Assembly (NCBI GenBank): GCA_045636845.1
Contig: JAZTYG010000011.1
Coordinates: forward strand, 1,345-65,344
Reading direction: 5' to 3'
Length of the DNA: 64,000 nucleotides
From: Candidatus Scatosoma sp.
GTDB lineage: Bacteria; Bacillota; Clostridia; Christensenellales; Borkfalkiaceae
Position numbers and translations under genes: made by a program. The notes under the pieces are model-generated. The model had not been told where the DNA came from. It did not search any database and saw nothing but the letters and a program-made list of their open reading frames with translations. Below, one piece after another: positions 19,037 to 27,311 of the stretch; within the stretch, counting starts at the first letter, position 1; each line of letters begins with the position of its first letter.

Positions 19037-21796
19037 TTAAATATTTTTTTGGATTAACAGCTTCTTCGCCTTTCTATCTCGAATAATTTCATGGATCCAC
19101 TTGAACTTGAACTTTCTTACCGCAATATCCATTAAGAAGAGTACAAGCGCCGTAATCATGAACGGGATACGAGGGTCATAGCTACGATTGAGCGTCTTTG
19201 CGATTTCCTCGTAAATCTTGTGGGAATCTTGAATCACTTTACCTTGACCGCCTTCTGCAAGAGCAACCATCAAGTTTTTACCATCTTCTGCATCGTAGAA
19301 CATGTTGTATTCTTCCGAGTAAGCAAACGCCTTGTACATGCTGGCCTTTGCCAACACATTACCCTGCGCGTCTAACTTCTTCACCGTCAAACGATGTACG
19401 CCCGGCTGTGTAATCGAGAATGCGATACGGGAATATCCTTCCTCTGCGGTAGGTTTCACGGTACGCGTTTCCGTCAATGCGCCGCTTGCGTTCGGGCTGG
19501 TGATTTCCAACTCGATCGATTCACCATCTTGAACTTTGGTGTAAACACTCATGCTCAAGTCGTAGTTCCCTTCCTGCAAGACAATTTCAATGTCCTGCAC
19601 ACGAATATTCTTCGTCGGGAACAAGCCGTTGATGATGTTCATAATCAATCTTCGACCTGTTGCATTCGCCATAAACTCGGACGACCATACGTTGTTTAGG
19701 TCGCACATGAAGCTACCAACCATACCTTGGCCATATTTCCAGTGCGCGTAGATGGGAACGAATTCACCCTTCAAGGACATTTCCGCACCCGATTTCAACT
19801 TCGTACCGTAGAAGCCGTGCAATTCGGGGATATCTACCTGTTCAATGCCGCTTACTACGCTCGTATGTGCGTCAATCTTGGGTTGGAAAGGTTCGTAGTT
19901 GATTGCCTTGATTTCCTTCATGTTCAATTCTTCACGCATGATACGAGGCAAGGAAGCAACGTCCCAAACATCGTAGAAACGACCTTTACCAAGTTCCGCT
20001 GCGCGGCGAATATCGTTTTTATCGGAGTTAGAAAGATCTTCACCGATGATAACAAACGAGAATGTTACAGGCGCGTTTACGTCGTTAACGTACTGTTCGA
20101 TGGGGATACTATATTGATCAAAACCATCGGCAGGGATACCGTCGGTTACCAAGATAATGTGACGTCTTTCTACATTCTTAATCGACTGCAACGAACGACC
20201 TGCACCAGCAAGAGCGTCTTGGAATACCGTACCGCCACCCGTTTCGATGCTGTCGATTGCCGCCAAGAGCTTCGCCTTTTGCGTCATAGGCTGGATACGC
20301 ATTTCTTCGGTGTACTTTTCTTCCAAAGTCATGATACCGCAGTAGTCGCGTTCGGTCAAAGCATTCAAACACGCTTTCGCACCTTCTTTTGCAAGCTCCA
20401 ACTTCGTTTGAGCACTTGCACCAGCAGGCATATCCATGGAACCCGAACGGTCGATTACGAGCATTACTGCTACGGGAGGCGTATAGTCAATTGCCTGTAC
20501 GGGCAACATTTCTTGATACAACGTGCCGTACATATCCTCACGGTTGTACGCATTTGCTACCACTTCGCCTTTGTCCATAACTTGGTTGCCGTTTTCGTCC
20601 ACTTGGTTACCACCAACCGTCAACAAGCCGCCGCCGATATCGTTTACGTAGGTGTAAAGTTCATCGATAAACCCTTCGGGCATATCCGCGTTTGCAATGT
20701 TTACCAAGATAACTTGGTCGTACTTACGCAATTCGTTTACCGTCTTGGGCATCGTATCAACATCCGTCAAAATGTTTACCGTTTGAATTTCGAATTGTTC
20801 ATTTTCTTCCAACAACAAGGTCTTTAAGCTGTCCGATTCCCCTGCGTTTCTTTCCACCATCAAGATTTTCGTGAAGGTTTCAATATACATGTAGGAACGA
20901 TAGGTGTTATTTTCTTCACAGCCATCGCCGCCGCCCGAAACTTTAAGTTCCAAGGAGTGCAAACCAGGAACGGAGAATTCGTGTTCGATTTCCAAATCCT
21001 GTACGCCGTTGTTGTTCAAGACGGTTGCTTCGATTTCATTGCTGAAAATACCGTTGTCGTACAATTCTAACTTAATCATCCCTTCATACGAGCTTCTTAC
21101 ATTTGCAACAAGGGTAAACGTATCACCGATGTTCACATTGTAATCAGGGGTCGTAACGCCTACAATCTGTACTTCCTGTGCAGGCTTTTCCGAAGGGAAA
21201 TATACCGAGTTTACCTCGATACCTTCCGCTGCGAGTTCTTTTACAACCGACGCAGCCTTACCGTCCGTTTCCAAACCATCGGAAACCACGACGATCTTTG
21301 CTACTTCCTTATTTTTAAATAAATCGCGCGTGTACACGAGGGCATCCGCGATATCTGTCGCCGTACCGTCGGGCTTTTCCGACATAATGTACTGCGAATA
21401 AGCGGACGAGGTGTTCGTCGTAAGGGGTACTGCATAAACAGGTTCGCCGTAACCAAAGGTTACAACACCGATTTGACAAACGTCCTTGCTGTCCTTAATC
21501 GCATCCATGATGAATTCATTTTTCTGCGTTTCTACATCCTTACCGCTGTAAGATGCGTCTACCAACAAGATAACCTCCGTTTCCAAGTTAGGAATTTCGT
21601 AGGTGAAGTTGATACCTGCCAACGTCAAGATGCTCAAGGTCGCAACAATGAAATAACATACCATCGACACGATACGGTTTCTCGTACGTCTATATCTCTT
21701 AGAAATACGGAAGTACAGGTAGAAACCCAACGCGAATGCGGGGATAAGGATTAAAAGAAGCCAGGGATACAAAAAGTTAATTCTAAAATTACTCAT
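19037..21796 (-). CDS. BatA-N-terminal / double-VWA membrane protein (919 aa)
   Basis: AAGGAGG RBS. BatA-type N-terminus FLYPWLLLILIPAFALGFYLYF plus a second TM. VWA 1: VILLVDASYSGKD. Central GATase1-like block: KILMVERNAGESDSL...YDQVILVNIAN. VWA 2 with canonical MIDAS: VMLVIDRSGSMD ... ILVTDG. C-terminal TM: IPFMITALVLFLMDIAV. Confidence 0.8.
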   Translation of the reverse strand: MSNFRINFLYPWLLLILIPAFALGFYLYFRISKRYRRTRNRIVSMVCYFIVATLSILTLAGINFTYEIPNLETEVILLVDASYSGKDVETQKNEFIMDAIKDSKDVCQIGVVTFGYGEPVYAVPLTTNTSSAYSQYIMSEKPDGTATDIADALVYTRDLFKNKEVAKIVVVSDGLETDGKAASVVKELAAEGIEVNSVYFPSEKPAQEVQIVGVTTPDYNVNIGDTFTLVANVRSSYEGMIKLELYDNGIFSNEIEATVLNNNGVQDLEIEHEFSVPGLHSLELKVSGGGDGCEENNTYRSYMYIETFTKILMVERNAGESDSLKTLLLEENEQFEIQTVNILTDVDTMPKTVNELRKYDQVILVNIANADMPEGFIDELYTYVNDIGGGLLTVGGNQVDENGNQVMDKGEVVANAYNREDMYGTLYQEMLPVQAIDYTPPVAVMLVIDRSGSMDMPAGASAQTKLELAKEGAKACLNALTERDYCGIMTLEEKYTEEMRIQPMTQKAKLLAAIDSIETGGGTVFQDALAGAGRSLQSIKNVERRHIILVTDGIPADGFDQYSIPIEQYVNDVNAPVTFSFVIIGEDLSNSDKNDIRRAAELGKGRFYDVWDVASLPRIMREELNMKEIKAINYEPFQPKIDAHTSVVSGIEQVDIPELHGFYGTKLKSGAEMSLKGEFVPIYAHWKYGQGMVGSFMCDLNNVWSSEFMANATGRRLIMNIINGLFPTKNIRVQDIEIVLQEGNYDLSMSVYTKVQDGESIELEITSPNASGALTETRTVKPTAEEGYSRIAFSITQPGVHRLTVKKLDAQGNVLAKASMYKAFAYSEEYNMFYDAEDGKNLMVALAEGGQGKVIQDSHKIYEEIAKTLNRSYDPRIPFMITALVLFLMDIAVRKFKFKWIHEIIRDRKAKKLLIQKNI

Positions 21797-21810
21797 TTCC
21801 TTGTCCTCCT

Positions 21811-23694
21811 TTAACTATCCTGCGCCTGTAACCAGCGTTCAAAGATTACCAACGCTACCAACGCCGCTGCAAGATACAACAACAAATCCAAGTTGTCCAA
21901 ATCCTTCTTCTTGGGAACGATCAATTCGTCTAATTCATCCACCACTTTGCTAATGTTGCTTTCGGAAGCAGGGATTTTTACAAAGAATTGTTCGGTTACA
22001 AGCTCACCGGACAACGGGGTTTGCGTTACCGTATAAGAACCGGGCTGTGTCAAGACAATCGTTTGAGGGAATTCTTCAATCTTATTCTTGTATTTGCCGT
22101 TGGTCGATTGAATCGACAATTCTTCCGATCTTGCATTCAACGTAATTTCTTCGTTGATGTCAAACGAGTAACCTTCCAACGTCGAGGGCATAAAGTAATC
22201 AAAAATGTTATATATCAACATAGGGAACTCAACGTACATAGATACCATCGAGAAGTTTACGCTGAAGTTCATAACCAAAATCTTCTGCCCTTCGCTTTCC
22301 TTTACAAGCAATACAGGGTCGCCTGCACAGAACAACAAAGGCTGGAAGCCGTCATAGGTCAAAATTCTGGTGTACTGCGACACCTCTACCTTTTCCGCAT
22401 TGAAGCGGTTGGTGATGGGATGGCCTTCGCCAGCCGCAAGAGTAAAATCACCATTGATAAGCTGCCCAGGTACCATCGTCAAGCCTTCGGGCGCTTTGTC
22501 CATGTTAATCAACATTACTACGCCGTCGGTAGGCATTACGTCGGGCATCGTATGTTCGAATACATAGAAGTCGTAACCGCTCGTGGGAACTTCTTCCTTA
22601 CCTGCGGGCTTGTTCATTTCCTTCAATTCGATATTCCAGCTGGTCAACGTATCACGAGCCGTCAATAACGTACCGCCGATAAAGCTGTTCGCCCTCGGGC
22701 TGCAATAAAGCACATTCAACGTGGGCTTTTTACCGCCGTAGATGTGGAAGTCGTTATCCTGAGGGAAGGAGTCGTCTTCGGAGATATACACATGGACGGA
22801 TTCAAATTCAAATACAGGCGTCGTCGTGTTTTGCGTAACGAAGGTCGCGGTTTTTACTTGGTCCGCGTCACAACGTACAGGCAAATCCATCTTCACAGTA
22901 CCAGCACCGTTTGCGCCTTGCACGTCACAATGTACAATCAAATCCGTATCGCGGTTATACGCCGCAACGCTCACCTTGAAGGTGTAGTAGTTTTCTTCGA
23001 ATAAAGCTTCACAATCCAAGATTGCTGCATTCCATTCGCCATTTTGCGACACATCCACCACCGTTACCTCACCTGCATCCAAATATTCGGTTGCGGTATA
23101 GAGGTAAACTTCGGTGTCGAGGTTTTGGTCAACGATTTTCTGCGCCAACTCAATCGCGCCAGCAATATCTGCCATACCATAGGTACAAAGGTCGCTGCTT
23201 ACCAACTCATCCAAATCGGTGAACAATTCCAACGAATTTTCGGAGGTGTAACGCTGCGCCAAATAGGACGCTTCCGTACCTGCTACGATTACGGTTACAA
23301 AACCTTCTTGCTCAAATGTTTCCTTTGCAAGCGTTTCCGCTTCAAACACAGCACGTTCGAAACGGGTTTCATCTGCATAAGCAGCGCGCATGCTTGCCGA
23401 CGCATCAATGATTGCTACCTTTTCCACAATCATAGGAGCTTGCGCTTCTTCGATGATCGGTTGTGCAAGGATGAACGCGCACGCCGTAATAATCAAAATC
23501 TGGCAAATGAAGAGCAATATGTTCCTAAATTTGTTGATAGGAATTTTCTTTCTCTTGTATTTCAAGCTTAATTTCCAGATAAAAGTACTGGAAATAAACT
23601 TTTGTTGATAATTCGGCTTTAAGATGTAGATAAGGATAAGTACTGCAATCCCTATCAACCCTAAAAAGCCTAAAGGTGTAATCCAATTCATCAT
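21811..23694 (-). CDS. BatA-N-terminal / VWA membrane protein (627 aa)
   Basis: The ATG overlaps the DUF58 stop (ATGA). N-terminus WITPLGFLGLIGIAVLILIYILKP plus a second TM. VWA: VAIIDASASMRAAY. Long beta-rich ectodomain. C-terminal TM: LLLYLAAALVALVIFERW. Confidence 0.75.
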   Translation of the reverse strand: MMNWITPLGFLGLIGIAVLILIYILKPNYQQKFISSTFIWKLSLKYKRKKIPINKFRNILLFICQILIITACAFILAQPIIEEAQAPMIVEKVAIIDASASMRAAYADETRFERAVFEAETLAKETFEQEGFVTVIVAGTEASYLAQRYTSENSLELFTDLDELVSSDLCTYGMADIAGAIELAQKIVDQNLDTEVYLYTATEYLDAGEVTVVDVSQNGEWNAAILDCEALFEENYYTFKVSVAAYNRDTDLIVHCDVQGANGAGTVKMDLPVRCDADQVKTATFVTQNTTTPVFEFESVHVYISEDDSFPQDNDFHIYGGKKPTLNVLYCSPRANSFIGGTLLTARDTLTSWNIELKEMNKPAGKEEVPTSGYDFYVFEHTMPDVMPTDGVVMLINMDKAPEGLTMVPGQLINGDFTLAAGEGHPITNRFNAEKVEVSQYTRILTYDGFQPLLFCAGDPVLLVKESEGQKILVMNFSVNFSMVSMYVEFPMLIYNIFDYFMPSTLEGYSFDINEEITLNARSEELSIQSTNGKYKNKIEEFPQTIVLTQPGSYTVTQTPLSGELVTEQFFVKIPASESNISKVVDELDELIVPKKKDLDNLDLLLYLAAALVALVIFERWLQAQDS

Positions 23695-24590
23695 GCCATG
23701 ATACCTACCTTCAACAACTCACTAAACAACACTCTTTCAAGAGGTTGATCCGTACTCAACGATACGAATTCTGCGTCGCGGGACACACAGAAGGATCTTA
23801 AATCTTCCTTGAAGTCTGCCAACGCTTCTTGATAAGCCAATTGTAAGCTGCGGGTTATTCTTAATTTCATATTCTTGGGGTCTTCGAGGGCTTCCGCTTC
23901 CACGTCGATCAAGTTCAATCTACCGTCGTAAACCGGTTCAAGTTCATCTGGCGTAAGAATTTGAACAAGTAAAACCTGTCTTTTCTTATATGTCAAATAA
24001 TCTACCGCTTTCTTCCAGTTGCTGTCCGTCAAAAAGTCGGAAATGATCACGGTAAGGCCGTCGTTCGAGCCGGTTTTAGGATAGCTCGTAATCGCTTTAC
24101 CAAGATCGGAATCCCCTGTAAACTCAAGATTTTCAAGCTCACTAATAGCTCTGAAAAACGAGGTTTTACCAACGATTGTTCCAAATGGGTTCTCGGCTCT
24201 GTCGCCCTTAATCAAATTGAAGGACAATTTATCCATATTATGCACGGAGAGGAAACCAAGCGCAGCGGCAATCGCAACGGCGTAGTTCGATTTCACAGGG
24301 TCGTCTTTACCCATGGAAGCCGAACAATCCAAGAAGATTTGCACGTGCATCTGTCTTTCGTCCGTAAATAATTTTAAGAAGAATTTTTCAAAACGGCTGT
24401 ACAAGTTCCAGTCGATACGTCTGATGTCGTCACCGAGCATATATTCGCGATAATCGGCAAATTCTACCGTTTGACCGTAGGTACGGACAAGGTGCTTACC
24501 GCCGAAGAAACCGCGAAGGTCTGCCTTCATGTTCAACGCCAACGTTTCTAACCGTCCGAAAAACCCATCATTTAAGTACGAGTTCTTCAT
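23691..24590 (-). CDS. DUF58 domain protein (MoxR partner)
   Basis: FADYREYMLGDDIRRIDWNLYSRFEKFFLKLFTDE is the DUF58 signature. It is followed by a VWA-like VQIFLDCSASMG. The gene starts 3 nt after the moxR stop. Confidence 0.85.
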   Translation of the reverse strand: MKNSYLNDGFFGRLETLALNMKADLRGFFGGKHLVRTYGQTVEFADYREYMLGDDIRRIDWNLYSRFEKFFLKLFTDERQMHVQIFLDCSASMGKDDPVKSNYAVAIAAALGFLSVHNMDKLSFNLIKGDRAENPFGTIVGKTSFFRAISELENLEFTGDSDLGKAITSYPKTGSNDGLTVIISDFLTDSNWKKAVDYLTYKKRQVLLVQILTPDELEPVYDGRLNLIDVEAEALEDPKNMKLRITRSLQLAYQEALADFKEDLRSFCVSRDAEFVSLSTDQPLERVLFSELLKVGIMA

Positions 24591-24593
24591 TCC

Positions 24594-25715
24594 TTACTCC
24601 CTATTTGCTTTGTTTGCTTTCTTTGCTGCCTTCATTTCCTTTTTGGACATTACTTTTTCTTCATTGTTTTCCGTAGCCGCTACTTCGCCTTCAGCAGTAG
24701 AAATTTCTACTTCTTCAACGGGCGTCAATTTGTAACGCTTACCAACCTCACCGATGATCATCTTAATGATTTCGTCTGCGGATACGCGTTCTGCAACTGC
24801 TTCAAACGTCAACTTCATACGGTGACGAAGTACGGGGTAAGCAAGTTCGTTGATATCGTTGTAGGATACGTTGTAACGACCGTTAAGCAAAGCCTTAACC
24901 TTCGCTGCGGAGATAAGAGCCTGACCTGCACGAGGGCTGGCACCGAGACGAACATATTTCTTTGCAGCTGCGGTAGCACATTCGCTATCGGGATGCGTAG
25001 CGGAGCAAAGGGTCATTGCATATTTCATAACTTCTTCCGCAACAGGGATTTGGTTAGCGGTCTTTCTCATTTCAAGCAATTCGTCGCCGTTACATGCAAC
25101 GTCTGCAACTTCCGCCATCGTCTTCTGCGTCAAGTTTACGATGTCCATCAATTCGTCAAGGCTAGGATTCTTAACGATAAGCTTGAACATGAAACGGTCC
25201 ATCTGCGCTTCGGGAAGAGGATACGTACCATCTTGTTCGATAGGGTTCTGCGTAGCAAGTACGAAGAAGGGTTCGTTCATCTTTCTAGATACACCCATAA
25301 CGGTTACGGTGTGTTCCTGCATGGCTTCGAGCAATGCGGACTGCGTTTTAGGGGTAGCACGGTTGATTTCGTCGGCAAGGATAATGTTGCTGAAGATGGG
25401 ACCGGGCTGGAATTGGAAGGACGAGTTGCCCTGTTCGTCTTTAACGATGATGTTCGTACCGGTAACGTCCGCAGGCATCAAGTCAGGCGTGAACTGAATA
25501 CGGGAGAAGGGAAGGTTGAATACGCGGCCAAGCGTACGAACCAAACGGGTCTTACCTACGCCAGGTACACCTTCAAGCAATACGTTACCACCAGCGATCA
25601 TTGCGATGATCGTACCTTCAACGATATCTTTTTGACCGATAACGTCGCGTTGAATTTGGGTGAAGATATTTTTGCACTGTTCGCTGAATTTTTCAATGTT
25701 TTGTTCCGTAATCAT
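24594..25715 (-). CDS. MoxR-family AAA+ ATPase
   Basis: Walker A LEGVPGVGKT. Walker B IILADEINRATPKTQSALLEAMQE. VLATQNPIEQDGTYPLPEAQMDRF. Unusual ~55-aa acidic-then-Lys-rich C-terminal tail (EEVEISTAEGEVAATENNEEKVMSKKEMKAAKKANKANRE). Confidence 0.9.
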   Translation of the reverse strand: MITEQNIEKFSEQCKNIFTQIQRDVIGQKDIVEGTIIAMIAGGNVLLEGVPGVGKTRLVRTLGRVFNLPFSRIQFTPDLMPADVTGTNIIVKDEQGNSSFQFQPGPIFSNIILADEINRATPKTQSALLEAMQEHTVTVMGVSRKMNEPFFVLATQNPIEQDGTYPLPEAQMDRFMFKLIVKNPSLDELMDIVNLTQKTMAEVADVACNGDELLEMRKTANQIPVAEEVMKYAMTLCSATHPDSECATAAAKKYVRLGASPRAGQALISAAKVKALLNGRYNVSYNDINELAYPVLRHRMKLTFEAVAERVSADEIIKMIIGEVGKRYKLTPVEEVEISTAEGEVAATENNEEKVMSKKEMKAAKKANKANRE

Positions 25716-25769
25716 AATATTTTTTCCTCTCTTAAATTTTTTTCTTTTTTGTTTTTTGTGGGGTGTGAA

Positions 25770-26786
25770 TTACACGATAACCTCGAAATAGGTTTGAATG
25801 AATTCGCGCAATTCATCGGGGATGTTTTCGGCGGATTCGAGCCACTTCATAGCTTCTTCGTAGTACCCGCCCGATTCTAACAAGTCACGGTAGTAGGTGT
25901 TACCATCCTTGATCATGTTGTTTTCTTCGTACGCGCCGTTTGCACCGTTGTTCGGTTCGCCTTCTTCTTCGGTAGGCTTGTCGGATTTACCAGGCTCGTC
26001 GCCTTGGCCCGCTTCACCTTCGCCTTCGCCTTCACCTTCACCGATGGGTGCGAATGTTGCTTCAAGGATGAGGTCTTCTTCAACGCCAAACTCGCTACGG
26101 TTCGGATCCTTGATACCATCCGACCATTCTACGAAAGCAAAACCGTCGTCCGCTACCGCGATGATTTCCACCGTCGAGCCGCCCTTTTCAATGATTTGGA
26201 TATCATCACCTTCGATGAGGCCCTCGCCTTCGGCAACCACGTAGGTAATCGTTACATAATCAACATCGGGTTCAGGGAGGATTTCCTCGAAGACTTCTTT
26301 ACCCGGTTTAACGATACCGCCTTCCACCAAGCCGCTAACCGTTGTCATACCGCTGCCCAACACAAAAGCCACAGCGAGCACGATGATGATTGCTTTCGGG
26401 AACTTGAAGCGAATACGCTTGGGTTCGATCTTCTTCATCGTCACCTGCGCGTCCTCACGCTGCTTCTGCATGATGTACGATTCTTCACCGATGAATTCGG
26501 TCATCGTAATCATACGTTCTTCCAAGCCGAGCCTATCCAAGCGCTCTGCTACCTCTTTCGCGGAAGGCTTGAACTTCTTGGTGTAGAAGATCGGGGTCGC
26601 AGCCGCCGTTACAACTACCCAAGCGCCAAGTGCCCACCACAAACCGTTCCAACCGTAATACCACGCAGTAAACGCTACTGCAAAGTTTACAGCAAACCCG
26701 ACGATAAGGCCGCAGAATAACGCTTTGAGCATACCTTCCCGAGCAAGTCGGGAATAATATTTGTCAAATAATTCCTTTACGTCCAT
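25770..26786 (-). CDS. 3-TM membrane protein with a divergent InlB B-repeat (Flg_new_2-like) ectodomain; first gene of the MoxR operon
   Basis: AAGGAG 6 nt before the ATG. TM helices: ALFCGLIVGFAVNFAVAFTAWYY, LWWALGAWVVVTAAATPIFY, AIIIVLAVAFVLGSGMTTV. Ectodomain: YVTITYVVAEGEGLIEG...IAVADDGFAFVEWSDGIKDPNRSEFGVEEDLILEATF. Then an (EG)n acidic linker and a C-terminal helical segment ending IPDELREFIQTYFEVIV. Confidence 0.7.
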   Translation of the reverse strand: MDVKELFDKYYSRLAREGMLKALFCGLIVGFAVNFAVAFTAWYYGWNGLWWALGAWVVVTAAATPIFYTKKFKPSAKEVAERLDRLGLEERMITMTEFIGEESYIMQKQREDAQVTMKKIEPKRIRFKFPKAIIIVLAVAFVLGSGMTTVSGLVEGGIVKPGKEVFEEILPEPDVDYVTITYVVAEGEGLIEGDDIQIIEKGGSTVEIIAVADDGFAFVEWSDGIKDPNRSEFGVEEDLILEATFAPIGEGEGEGEGEAGQGDEPGKSDKPTEEEGEPNNGANGAYEENNMIKDGNTYYRDLLESGGYYEEAMKWLESAENIPDELREFIQTYFEVIV

Positions 26787-26935
26787 ATTTTCTCCTTTCG
26801 CGTTTATTTTTTCCTGTTAAAAACTCCCACTTTTTGTTTCGCATACACATGTACACTATATATAGGGGTGCTTTTTTAGGTGTAAAAAACGCCTTTTTTG
26901 TGTTTTAACGCATAATATCACATTATACGGTGACT

Positions 26936-26964
26936 ATTGTACCATTTTCAAGGGGATATGTCAA
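26936..26964 (-). promoter_or_regulatory. sigma-A-type promoter of the MoxR/VWA (and possibly whole surface) operon
   Basis: Minus strand TTGACA (26964-26959), 17 nt, TACAAT (26941-26936). About 140-nt leader to ATG 26786. Confidence 0.6.
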
Positions 26965-27223
26965 GCAAAAAGGCTTATTTTTGAATGTAATTTTTGATTA
27001 TTTACCCATTATCGATAGAAAAAACGAATTGCTATAATCTATTTTTTTGCAACAAAAAAGATGAGGCGAAGGAATGGAAAATTTACCCTAAAAATGCCCC
27101 TATTTTTCGCGTTTTGAGGGAAATAAGCTCTATATCCATCCCCCTAAAACGGGTGAAATTTGCCCGTTTTTACATTCGATTGTATAATTTATCAACTGGC
27201 TACAATAAGCGAAAAAAAGGCGT

Positions 27224-27256
27224 AAAAAAAGCGCCAGGCATATTTCAGCCCAGCGC
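27224..27256 (-). terminator. intrinsic terminator of the giant gene
   Basis: Minus-strand RNA GCGCUGGGC-UGAAAUAU-GCCUGGCGC (9 bp including two G-U pairs), then U7. 55 nt after stop 27312. Confidence 0.65.
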
Positions 27257-27311
27257 CCTTTTTAGTTATGCAATTGTGGAAGGTTTTACAACCCCACTGC
27301 CCTATCGAGAA

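Noticed and set aside
27181-27190. Second plus-strand TGTATAAT as an antisense promoter reading into the 3' end of the giant gene.
   Set aside because: TG abuts the hexamer without the usual 1-nt spacer, there is no -35, and the context is AT-rich. There is too little support to call it.
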